Translations under genes and position numbers: made by a program
In this document: positions 8,512 to 16,508 of the stretch, piece after piece
Position numbering within the stretch: position 1 is the stretch's first letter
Layout of the letters: every line of letters begins with the position of its first letter
Notes under the pieces: generated by a model
The model's input: the letters and a program-made list of their open reading frames with translations, nothing else
Told to the model about the DNA's origin: nothing
Databases searched by the model: none
NCBI RefSeq assembly: GCF_022701215.1
Contig: NZ_CP089976.1
Span: 1,020,001 to 1,052,000, forward strand
Reading direction: 5' to 3'
DNA: 32,000 nt
DNA from: Moraxella nasovis
GTDB taxonomy: Bacteria > Pseudomonadota > Gammaproteobacteria > Pseudomonadales > Moraxellaceae

Positions 8512-9918
8512 ATGTACTATATCAGTACTCGTGGCAATACCCCAAAAATGCAATTTAGTGATGTTCTACTGATGGGGCTTGCCCCAGATGGTGGGCTTAT
8601 GTTGCCAGAAACCTATCCACATATTGACCGCGTAACCCTTGATAAGTGGCGAGCGTTGAGCTATACCGATTTGGCATTTGAAATCATGAGTTTATTTGCC
8701 ACCGATATTGACAAGGCAGATTTAAAGGCGTTGATTGATAAAACTTACACCAAAATCGCCTTTGGCACAGATGAGATTACCCCTGTTCGTACACTTAAAG
8801 ACGGCATTAAAATCCTAGAGTTGTCAAATGGGCCGACGCTTGCCTTTAAAGATATTGCCATGCAGTTTTTGGGTAACGCCTTTGAATATGTACTCAAACA
8901 AAAGGGCGAGCGTCTTACCATTATCGGTGCAACCAGTGGTGATACAGGCTCTGCTGCCGAATACGCCCTGCGTGGCAAGGATAATATTGAAGTATTTATG
9001 ATGTCGCCCCATGGCAAAATGAGTGAATTTCAACGGGCTCAAATGTACAGCTTGACCGATAAAAATATCCATAATATCGCCATTGATGGTATGTTTGACG
9101 ATTGCCAAGATATTGTTAAAGCTTTACAAAACGACAAAGATTTTAAGGCTAAATATAGACTTGGCACGGTAAACTCCATCAACTGGGGGCGGATTTTGGC
9201 TCAAATCGTCTATTATTTTAAAGGTTATTTTGCCAGCACTACAGATAACGACCAAAAGGTTAGTTTTTGTGTGCCGTCTGGCAATTTTGGTAATATTTGT
9301 GCAGGACATATCGCTCGTGAAATGGGTTTACCAATCCATCGTTTGATTGTCGCCACCAACGAAAATGATGTGCTAAATGACTTTTTTAACCAAGGTAGAT
9401 ATACGCCACGCACGCCAAGCGAAACGTTTATCACGTCAAGCCCATCTATGGATATCTCAAAAGCGTCTAACTTTGAGCGATTTATTTACTTACTAAGTGA
9501 TAAGAATGGCGAAACCATCAGCCAGCTTTGGATGGATAGTAAAAAAGGGTTTGATTTATCAGACAAACTAACTGACATCAACGGCAAATACGGCTTTGTT
9601 TCAGGTAAATCTACCCACGCTGACCGCATCGCCACCATCAAAGCGGTGTATGAAAGCGATAAAGATTTGATAGACCCACACACCGCAGATGGTGTAAAAG
9701 TGGCACGTTCTGTGCGTGAAGATAATGAAATCATCGTCTGTGCTGAAACTGCCTTACCTGCCAAATTTAGCGAAACGATGGCAGAAGCCTTAGGTGAGAT
9801 TGACATACCACGCCCTACTCACACAAAAGATATTGAAACTTTGCCACAGTTCGTTACTGTGCTGGATAATAAAGCAGAATTGGTTAGAGCAGAGATTGAG
9901 AAGGTTGTGAAAATTTAA
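8512..9918 (+). CDS. thrC: Threonine synthase
   Basis: 468 aa. N-terminus MYYISTRGN...FSDVLLMGLAPDGGLMLPE, PLP-lysine context LSNGPTLAFKDIAMQ, and GATSGDTGSAA. Good SD (TAAGGAAAAACC ATG). Confidence 0.95.
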   Translation: MYYISTRGNTPKMQFSDVLLMGLAPDGGLMLPETYPHIDRVTLDKWRALSYTDLAFEIMSLFATDIDKADLKALIDKTYTKIAFGTDEITPVRTLKDGIKILELSNGPTLAFKDIAMQFLGNAFEYVLKQKGERLTIIGATSGDTGSAAEYALRGKDNIEVFMMSPHGKMSEFQRAQMYSLTDKNIHNIAIDGMFDDCQDIVKALQNDKDFKAKYRLGTVNSINWGRILAQIVYYFKGYFASTTDNDQKVSFCVPSGNFGNICAGHIAREMGLPIHRLIVATNENDVLNDFFNQGRYTPRTPSETFITSSPSMDISKASNFERFIYLLSDKNGETISQLWMDSKKGFDLSDKLTDINGKYGFVSGKSTHADRIATIKAVYESDKDLIDPHTADGVKVARSVREDNEIIVCAETALPAKFSETMAEALGEIDIPRPTHTKDIETLPQFVTVLDNKAELVRAEIEKVVKI

Positions 9919-9921
9919 CAT

Positions 9922-9935
9922 GTTTCATGTGAAAC
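9922..9935. repeat. Palindromic-word copy 4, GTTTCATGTGAAAC, 4 nt after the thrC stop
   Basis: Read at 9922-9935. The extended inverted repeat atgtttca-tg-tgaaacat spans 9920-9937. Confidence 0.9.
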
Positions 9936-9964
9936 ATAATAAATAATCATGTTGCTAGCCATAA

Positions 9965-9996
9965 AGCACCCAATTTTATCAATCAGATTGGGTGCT
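9965..9996 (+). terminator. Stem-loop downstream of thrC
   Basis: Perfect 10-bp GC-containing stem agcacccaat (9965-9974) / attgggtgct (9987-9996) with a 12-nt loop and no clear T-run. The GTG at 9992 used by the ORF track lies inside this stem. Confidence 0.5.
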
Positions 9997-10102
9997 AAGT
10001 AATATTACTCTCGCTTGTATTGATAGTGAAGCAAAGTGGTTTAACCGTCTTATTAAGATAATCCATGATAAAATAATCACCACATTTTCAATCATTAAGC
10101 TT

Positions 10103-11293
10103 ATGAACACTGCTTATCAACATCTTGACGATCACCAAAGTATGCTTGCCTTATGGTATGTGGTGAATACTTCTTTAGTATCCTATTATAAGCTTGTGAA
10201 TGCCTTTGGTAGTGCTAAAACTGCCTTGTCTGGGTCACAATCAGCGTGGCGGCAATTGTCTATTCATGCGTCACACATTAAGCGACTGGGTGATGCGTCT
10301 GACGTCTTGGCATTTATCGATCAAGTGCATGATGATGTGGCACGCAAAGCTTATTCGCTGCTGTTTTTTGGGGAGAATAACTATCCATCACAGCTAACTG
10401 AGCTGTATGACCCGCCACCTGTGCTGTTTTATCGTGGCAATGTCACACGACTAAGTGATCGCCAAATCGCTATTGTTGGTAGTAGAAAGCCGAGTGAGTA
10501 TGCCCAAAAGGTCACTTTTGATTTAGCTCAGTACTTGGTGCAGTCAGGCTTTAGCATAACCAGCGGTCTGGCTCAGGGTGTGGATAGGGCGGCACATTTG
10601 GGGGCATTAACTCAAGCACAAGGACTTCTTGGTAGGACAGTTGGTGTGACTGGCACAGGGGTTGATGTATGCTATCCGAAAAATCACCATGCGTTATTTG
10701 CTCAAATTATCCAAGATGGCGGCTGCTTGGTTAGCGAGCTGTTACCACATACCCCTGCTAGTAAGCATACGTTTCCACGCAGAAATAGGCTTGTAGCAGG
10801 ATTATCCATAGCGACAGTGGTTACCGAGGCAGCCATCCAAAGTGGGTCGTTAATCACAGCAAGGCTTGCTGCAGAGCAGGGCAAGCAAGTGTTTGCACTA
10901 CCAAACAATATTTATCATGCCAATACTGAAGGCTGCCATCATTTGATTCGTGAGGGGGCAACCCTTATTTATCACCCCAACCACATATTAGAAGATATTA
11001 ATAATCACACACAAGTGCCTTTTAATAACTTACCAAAAACTTTCTCTAAAGGCGACACCACTAATGCAACAGCAAAGACAAACACTCAGCCAAATGAGCA
11101 ATGGACTAACGATTTGCCGCTACCGCCAGAACACTTGCTTGATGTATTGTCTTATATTTTGGCAGATGGTGTGGATTTAGATCGTTTGGTGGTGATGACT
11201 AAGCTAGATGCAGGCACGCTGCTAGCAAAGCTGATGGAGCTTGAAGTGCTTGGTTTTATCACTCAAAAAGGCGGTCTGTATGTCAAACTGTAA
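10103..11293 (+). CDS. dprA: DNA processing protein DprA (Smf)
   Basis: Rossmann-like DprA core IAIVGSRKPSEYAQKVTFDLAQYLVQSGFSITSGLAQGVDRAAHLGAL ... FPRRNRLVAGLS ... SGSLITARLAAEQGKQVFALP, plus a C-terminal winged-helix-like tail. ATG 10103 is preferred over the upstream GTG 9992, which sits in the thrC hairpin. Confidence 0.9.
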   Translation: MNTAYQHLDDHQSMLALWYVVNTSLVSYYKLVNAFGSAKTALSGSQSAWRQLSIHASHIKRLGDASDVLAFIDQVHDDVARKAYSLLFFGENNYPSQLTELYDPPPVLFYRGNVTRLSDRQIAIVGSRKPSEYAQKVTFDLAQYLVQSGFSITSGLAQGVDRAAHLGALTQAQGLLGRTVGVTGTGVDVCYPKNHHALFAQIIQDGGCLVSELLPHTPASKHTFPRRNRLVAGLSIATVVTEAAIQSGSLITARLAAEQGKQVFALPNNIYHANTEGCHHLIREGATLIYHPNHILEDINNHTQVPFNNLPKTFSKGDTTNATAKTNTQPNEQWTNDLPLPPEHLLDVLSYILADGVDLDRLVVMTKLDAGTLLAKLMELEVLGFITQKGGLYVKL

Positions 11294-11900
11294 GATAACA
11301 AAAAAGGTATTTAATGTTGGTCAATTAGATGTATTAATCGATCATCTACACTGTGGTGGCGTGCTTGCTTATCCCACAGAAAGTGTGTGGGGAATAGGTG
11401 CAGACGCATTTTGTGAGCAGGCGGTGGAGCAGGTTTTAAAACTAAAACAACGACCAGCATCAAAAGGTTTGATTGTATTAACCGATCATGTGATGAAGAT
11501 CAAACCGTTATTGGTGGATTTACCACCACAAAACCAAGCACACCTGCTTAAAAAAATGAGCCGCCATCACTACCAAAACCAAGCGATTACTTGGCTTGTA
11601 CCCATATCACCATCAAGTCATATACCTACACTTTTGACAGGGGGATTTAACACCTTAGCGGTCAGAATCACCACGCACCCCACCTTAAATTTGATTTGCC
11701 AAAAACTGACAAGTGATAAAAATCCTTATGGATTTTTGGTATCGACCAGTTGTAATATTGCCAATCAACCCCCTGCGACAACCTTCTTGCAGGCGGCTAA
11801 CTATTTTGGTGATTCGGTGGGCTATCTGATGGATGAAAGTTTAGGCTTTGATAAACCCAGCCAAATCATCGACTTATCAAGCGGAAAAATTATCCGTTAA
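11280..11900 (+). CDS. tsaC: L-threonylcarbamoyladenylate synthase type 1 (TsaC/YrdC family)
   Basis: YrdC-domain motifs GGVLAYPTESVWGIGADA, LKLKQRPASKGLIVL, LAVRITTHP and LVSTSCN. ATG 11280 is preceded by AAGGCGG and overlaps the dprA stop (11291-11293) by 14 nt. The ORF-track start at 11241 is a TTG inside dprA. Confidence 0.88.
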   Translation: MSNCKITKKVFNVGQLDVLIDHLHCGGVLAYPTESVWGIGADAFCEQAVEQVLKLKQRPASKGLIVLTDHVMKIKPLLVDLPPQNQAHLLKKMSRHHYQNQAITWLVPISPSSHIPTLLTGGFNTLAVRITTHPTLNLICQKLTSDKNPYGFLVSTSCNIANQPPATTFLQAANYFGDSVGYLMDESLGFDKPSQIIDLSSGKIIR

Positions 11901-12991
11901 CATTCATTGGCATTGATGGTCTCAACGATATTAAGGTCAAAGCCTGATACATTAAAGCGACCTGAGCTTGAGAGTAATCGCATGTCTTTAACGCCAAGCT
12001 GTTTTAAGATTTGTGCACCTACACCGATACTGCGATAAGGTTCGCTTGTTTCGTGGATGCTTTGAGAGGAATGAAGCTTATCAATCTCATGGCTGATGTT
12101 AATAGGATTGGTACTTGCAATCCACACAAACACACCTTGCTCACTTTTGCCTATCTTAGATAGTGCATTTGCCATACTCCAGCCATGTTTACTTTGCTTG
12201 GCGGCAAATAAATCTTTAAGTGGGTTTAGACCATGCACACGCACGGTAGCAACGCCATTGCTTGGGTCACCTTTGACAAGGGCGATGTGTATTTCGCTTG
12301 CACCATATTCTTTAAATCGATGTAGGGTGAATGTGCCAAACTCGCTTTCAAACTCTTGGCTATCAATTAGCTCAACGGTCTGTTCGTTGGTCATGCGATA
12401 GTGGATTAAGTCAGCGATTGTACCGATTTTAAGACCGTGTTCTTTGGCAAAAATTTCCAAATCATCACGACGTGCCATCTCGCCATCAGGTTTGATGATT
12501 TCACAAATCACCGCTGACGGCTCAAGTCCTGCAAGCCTTGCCAGATCGCACCCCGCTTCGGTATGCCCTGCACGGTGCAATACACCACCTTTTTTTGCCA
12601 TAATGGGGAAAATATGCCCCGGTTGGACGATATCGGATGGCTTAGCATAAGGGGCGACTGCCGCTTGGATAGTGCGAGCTCTGTCGGCAGCTGATATACC
12701 TGTGGTAACGCCTTCGGCAGCTTCGATGGATAACGTGAAGTTGGTGCTAAATTTCGCTCCATTTTTATCGCTCATTAAAGGCAGTTCAAGCTGCTGACAG
12801 CGTTCTTCAGACAGCGTTAAGCACACAAGCCCACGAGCATGAGTAATCATAAAATTAATGGCTTTAGGGGTTACGTGGGTTGCCGCCATAACGATATCGC
12901 CTTCATTCTCACGGTCTTCATCATCCATCAAGACAACCATCTTGCCTGCTTTGATGTCTTCAATGATTTCTTGTGCGGTATTTAGTGCCAT
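11897..12991 (-). CDS. ribB: 3,4-dihydroxy-2-butanone-4-phosphate synthase with a degenerate C-terminal GTP-cyclohydrolase-II-like domain (RibBX type)
   Basis: The N-terminal DHBPS motifs are intact (VVLMDDEDRENEGDIVMAA, GLVCLTL, RAGHTEA). The C-terminal half aligns in position to RibA but lacks the Zn-binding Cys triad: RVHGLNPLKDLFAAKQSKHGW replaces the RVHSEC...CDCG type motif. Confidence 0.9.
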   Translation of the reverse strand: MALNTAQEIIEDIKAGKMVVLMDDEDRENEGDIVMAATHVTPKAINFMITHARGLVCLTLSEERCQQLELPLMSDKNGAKFSTNFTLSIEAAEGVTTGISAADRARTIQAAVAPYAKPSDIVQPGHIFPIMAKKGGVLHRAGHTEAGCDLARLAGLEPSAVICEIIKPDGEMARRDDLEIFAKEHGLKIGTIADLIHYRMTNEQTVELIDSQEFESEFGTFTLHRFKEYGASEIHIALVKGDPSNGVATVRVHGLNPLKDLFAAKQSKHGWSMANALSKIGKSEQGVFVWIASTNPINISHEIDKLHSSQSIHETSEPYRSIGVGAQILKQLGVKDMRLLSSSGRFNVSGFDLNIVETINANEC

Positions 12992-13223
12992 AAGATTGCC
13001 TAAAAATAAAAGGATTTAATGTATAATAAGGTCGTTTTTTTATTTATAAAGGTGGCAAGTTTAAGTTAGCATCCCATATAAAATTTACCTACTTTTAAGT
13101 AGTGCCAAAACAGCCAAAACAACCACTTATTTGTCCGTATCATAGTACCATCAAGCCTGCCTTAACCCATAAAGTCAAGACGGTAGGCGTATTTGAGAAA
13201 ATAAACAGCATTGTTTTAAAAAG

Positions 13224-14033
13224 TTATTTATTCACCACCCATTTTGGACAACCTATAAATAAATAATAAAACATAAATTTCAATGCAATCATCACAATAA
13301 TAAACAACTCCAACACCAAATAAAAATACACACCATCAACATGATTGATGGCACTTGGAATTATAAATAAATAAGGCGTCATAGTATAAGTGTGATACCA
13401 CTTTTTAAGGCTAATAAGTTTTGGGTGTAGGCAGATATGAGTAAGGCAATTTTGGCAGGTGTATTGATGTTCATCTAGCGGATTTAATGTCAAACGCTGG
13501 CTGATACATTTTGGACAATAAGGCGAATATGGATCAAAATACTCTGATAGTTGATTATGAGCAAGTGAAAATTTAAAATTATTTTTTATATCGGTTAGGC
13601 TATCTACGCCCTTTTTAATGGGATAATGGTGCGTAAGATAATACTGGGTGTTTTTTTCATAATTAATGATTTTTAAAATGGCGGAAACCACCATCACCCC
13701 AAAAAACATCAGCCAATAAATCCATGATATTTTTAAAAAATCCGTGCCAATCATAAGCCACAACAAAGCAGGGATAATGAGTGTGATGATGATTGGTTTT
13801 TGATGATATTGATAAAAATCCATAAATGCAGATTTTAGGCTTATGGATGCAGTCGCATCTGGGTTATTGTCATTGGTTTTTTGTGTATTTTGAATAGGTG
13901 TAGGATTGACAATCACACTATTATCACAATGGGTGCAAAACACAATGCCATGCACTTTTTTAGCATGTAGGGTATGATGACAATGTGGGCAGGGTTTGTT
14001 TTTGGGCGTGATAGATTTTATTCTGGTAAACAT
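13224..14033 (-). CDS. Hypothetical membrane protein with two zinc-ribbon-like CxxC...CxxC modules, each followed by a pair of TM helices
   Basis: 269-aa ORF. First module CPHC...CTHC (residues 15-36), then two hydrophobic helices. Second module CPKC...CQNC, then two more hydrophobic helices. The DNA is very AT-rich. I recognise no family. Confidence 0.6.
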   Translation of the reverse strand: MFTRIKSITPKNKPCPHCHHTLHAKKVHGIVFCTHCDNSVIVNPTPIQNTQKTNDNNPDATASISLKSAFMDFYQYHQKPIIITLIIPALLWLMIGTDFLKISWIYWLMFFGVMVVSAILKIINYEKNTQYYLTHHYPIKKGVDSLTDIKNNFKFSLAHNQLSEYFDPYSPYCPKCISQRLTLNPLDEHQYTCQNCLTHICLHPKLISLKKWYHTYTMTPYLFIIPSAINHVDGVYFYLVLELFIIVMIALKFMFYYLFIGCPKWVVNK

Positions 14034-14101
14034 GTTTTTTTGTCAAATGGTTATTATCAAAATGCGACTATTGGCAGATTATTATAAGCATGATACATCC
14101 C

Positions 14102-15370
14102 TTAATCGCCCTTAAGCCACCTGATAAATCCAAAACTTGCCTGCTCTTTTTGGTTATCACCAAAGCGATAAAACTGCACTTTACCGACCAAATTATCAGG
14201 CAAATACGTTTGTGGGTAATAATGGTTGGGATAATCGTGCGGATAGACATAATCCACCCCATAGCCTTGCTGTTTCATGAGATCTGTCACCCCATTTCTT
14301 AGGTGTAATGGTACAGGCGAGCCGTCCGTTTTGGTAAATGCTATGGCTTCGTTAATGGCTTTGTAGCTTGAGTTGGATTTTGGGCTATTTGCCAAATACA
14401 CCACCACTTGCCCTAAAATAATGCGGGCTTCAGGCATGCCGATACTTTGTATGCTTTGCAAAGCAGTGTGAGCAAGCAATAAGGCATTGGGATTGGCAAG
14501 TCCTACGTCTTCGCTTGCCAAGATGACAAGCCTGCGAGCGATAAATGCAGGGTCTTCGCCAGCGTTTAGCATGCGAGCAAGCCAGTACAAAGACGCATCA
14601 GCATCCGAGCCACGCACCGACTTTATCATAGCAGACACAAGATCATAATGGTTATCGCCATCTTTATCATAGCGGACTAGGGTTGAGCCTGCTACGGCTA
14701 TTACGTTTTCATCATTAATGATAATCGGTAAATTTTTATTAAAATTGGGGTGTGATTGCACGGCTAATTCTAATAAATTTAATGCTTTACGAGCGTCCCC
14801 CTGTGCTAGCTTCATGATTGCACTAGCAGATTGAAGGGTAATGGTTAATTTATTAAATTCATCATCACAGTTAATGGCACGCTTGAGTATTTGTGTGATT
14901 TCATCATCGCTTAAGGGGTGTAAGCGATACACTTGGGTGCGAGAGAGTAGGGCATTATTGACACTAAAAGACGGATTTTCGGTGGTCGCTCCGATGAGTG
15001 TAATGTCGCCTGCTTCTACCGCTCCTAAAAGTGCGTCTTGTTGGGCTTTATTAAAGCGATGAATTTCATCAACAAACACCACCGCCCGAGCACCAAACAA
15101 GCTGTCATCTTTGATCAGTACTTCTCGTAATTCTTTCACCCCAGAGCTAATGGCAGATAAGGCATGAAACGGACGACCGACCGCATCGGCAAGTAGGCGA
15201 GCAATGGTGGTTTTACCAATCCCTGCTTCACCATGTAAGATGATAGATGGCAGATGACCTTGCTCTATGATGCGTCTAATGGGGGCGTTTTGCCCGAGCA
15301 AATGCGTTTGTCCAATGACGTCATCAATGGATTTTGGGCGTAAGCGTTCAGCTAGGGGGATTTGGGTCAT
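14102..15370 (-). CDS. rarA: Replication-associated recombination protein A (MgsA/RarA AAA+ ATPase)
   Basis: 422 aa. LAERLRP...DDVIGQTHLLG, Walker A GEAGIGKTTIA, Walker B VVFVDEIHRFNK, and the conserved C-terminal MgsA domain (YDLVSAMIKSVRGSDADASLYWLARML..GEDP.FIARRL). Confidence 0.95.
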   Translation of the reverse strand: MTQIPLAERLRPKSIDDVIGQTHLLGQNAPIRRIIEQGHLPSIILHGEAGIGKTTIARLLADAVGRPFHALSAISSGVKELREVLIKDDSLFGARAVVFVDEIHRFNKAQQDALLGAVEAGDITLIGATTENPSFSVNNALLSRTQVYRLHPLSDDEITQILKRAINCDDEFNKLTITLQSASAIMKLAQGDARKALNLLELAVQSHPNFNKNLPIIINDENVIAVAGSTLVRYDKDGDNHYDLVSAMIKSVRGSDADASLYWLARMLNAGEDPAFIARRLVILASEDVGLANPNALLLAHTALQSIQSIGMPEARIILGQVVVYLANSPKSNSSYKAINEAIAFTKTDGSPVPLHLRNGVTDLMKQQGYGVDYVYPHDYPNHYYPQTYLPDNLVGKVQFYRFGDNQKEQASFGFIRWLKGD

Positions 15371-15414
15371 GGTTATCCATTGGCAGTATGTTAAGATGGT
15401 AAAAGTTTAGACTG

Positions 15415-15978
15415 TCAGTGTTTTTTATGCGGGTGCAATGTTTTTAATAGCTCCCACTCACGAATGTCATTAAAAAGCTCAGGCTCAAAGTCGGTATCAT
15501 CATTTTTAAGTACGCTAACATCGCCTGATGTCTCCATGATCACTGCAAAAACTTGGCTTGATGATTTAATGTTATTTTGCCTTAAGATGCCTTGAATGTC
15601 GCTTTTGCTAAGATTACACGCATGGATATTATCCCACAGGTATTGACCGTGTGCCATTAAAATCATCGGTTGATTATCAACCATGCGTTTGACAGGCTTA
15701 AGATGAATTCTAATCCATGAGAGTATCCGCTGCAACCCAAACAACGCCCCCATCGTAAACAAGCCTTGTAATAAACTTGGCTCAGCGGATAAAGCGGTAG
15801 ATGCAAGAATACTACCGATAGCCACCGTCATAGCAAAGTCATAGCCTGATAATTTGGTAAAGCTTCTAAGCCCAAGTAGACGAGTGTAGATAATCACACC
15901 GATATAAATGCCAATTAACGACAATAAAATTCCAATAAGCTGATTAATATCCACCGTTAGCCATTGTGATAAATTCAT
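15415..15978 (-). CDS. DUF421/YetF-like membrane protein
   Basis: 187 aa. The N-terminal TM region with RLLGLRSFTKLSGYDFAMTVAIGSILAS resembles YetF/DUF421 proteins, followed by a C-terminal soluble domain. SD AAGGA lies 6 nt upstream of the ATG. The family call is from memory of the motif, not a search. Confidence 0.7.
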   Translation of the reverse strand: MNLSQWLTVDINQLIGILLSLIGIYIGVIIYTRLLGLRSFTKLSGYDFAMTVAIGSILASTALSAEPSLLQGLFTMGALFGLQRILSWIRIHLKPVKRMVDNQPMILMAHGQYLWDNIHACNLSKSDIQGILRQNNIKSSSQVFAVIMETSGDVSVLKNDDTDFEPELFNDIREWELLKTLHPHKKH

Positions 15979-15989
15979 GATTTTCCTTG

Positions 15990-16508
15990 TTATAAATACG
16001 GTTTAGGTTGCCTTTCACACACGATATTATCTAGTTTGCCTAAATAAATATCTTCACAAATCTTGCCTTGTTGTTCGATAGTATACGCCCAAAAACTTTT
16101 TTGTTTATCCAATGTGTAGCGATAGGGATTAAATTTTTTAAGGCTAAGATAATGCAGCGATTGTAAAAATGCCCCCTTTAATAAGACGTTAATCCCTTGT
16201 TGGTGCTGAAAAACGTGAGCCATCTCGTGAATAAATAGGGTGCGATAGGTGGTATTTTCCACCGAATAATCTGCCTTATAATGCTTTTTTGGGACATACA
16301 GATTGCCATTAGGGGCGATGATGATATCGTCTGATTGCCAAAAGACATAAGGGCAGGCGATTATCCTAATGTCATCGGTCTTTAGATAATCACCAAATAC
16401 CGTACGACACAGTAACTTTTCGCCACAGGTGAGACAGCGGCTGATAGGCTTATTTTTACAATGCTTGGCAAGCACATAAGGCAGGCGAATTTTTGGTAAG
16501 CGTAGCAT
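15990..16508 (-). CDS. Hypothetical protein with an HEXXH zinc-metallopeptidase motif
   Basis: 172 aa. It contains FIHEMAHVFQHQQG (HEMAH). The start ATG overlaps the dgt stop (TAATG, 16506-16510). AT-rich. It resembles small proteins annotated as 'vgr related protein', but I cannot verify that. Confidence 0.65.
   Translation of the reverse strand: MLRLPKIRLPYVLAKHCKNKPISRCLTCGEKLLCRTVFGDYLKTDDIRIIACPYVFWQSDDIIIAPNGNLYVPKKHYKADYSVENTTYRTLFIHEMAHVFQHQQGINVLLKGAFLQSLHYLSLKKFNPYRYTLDKQKSFWAYTIEQQGKICEDIYLGKLDNIVCERQPKPYL

Noticed and set aside
9992-10102. ORF-track N-terminal extensions: dprA from GTG 9992, mazG from ATG 27564, manB from ATG 26393, rsmB from ATG 2963, tsaC from TTG 11241.
   Set aside because: The extensions start inside terminator stems (9992, 27564) or inside the upstream gene (2963, 11241), or add a non-homologous hydrophobic leader (26393). 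Internal starts with SD sequences match the N-termini expected from homologues.
12992-13223. Possible FMN (RFN) riboswitch upstream of ribB, and likewise at 901-1344 upstream of ribE.
   Set aside because: I could not find the conserved RFN core strings on the relevant strand. A stretch cctaccgtcttgactttatggg resembles the 3' RFN segment only weakly (about half the positions) and is in the wrong place. This needs cmsearch to settle.
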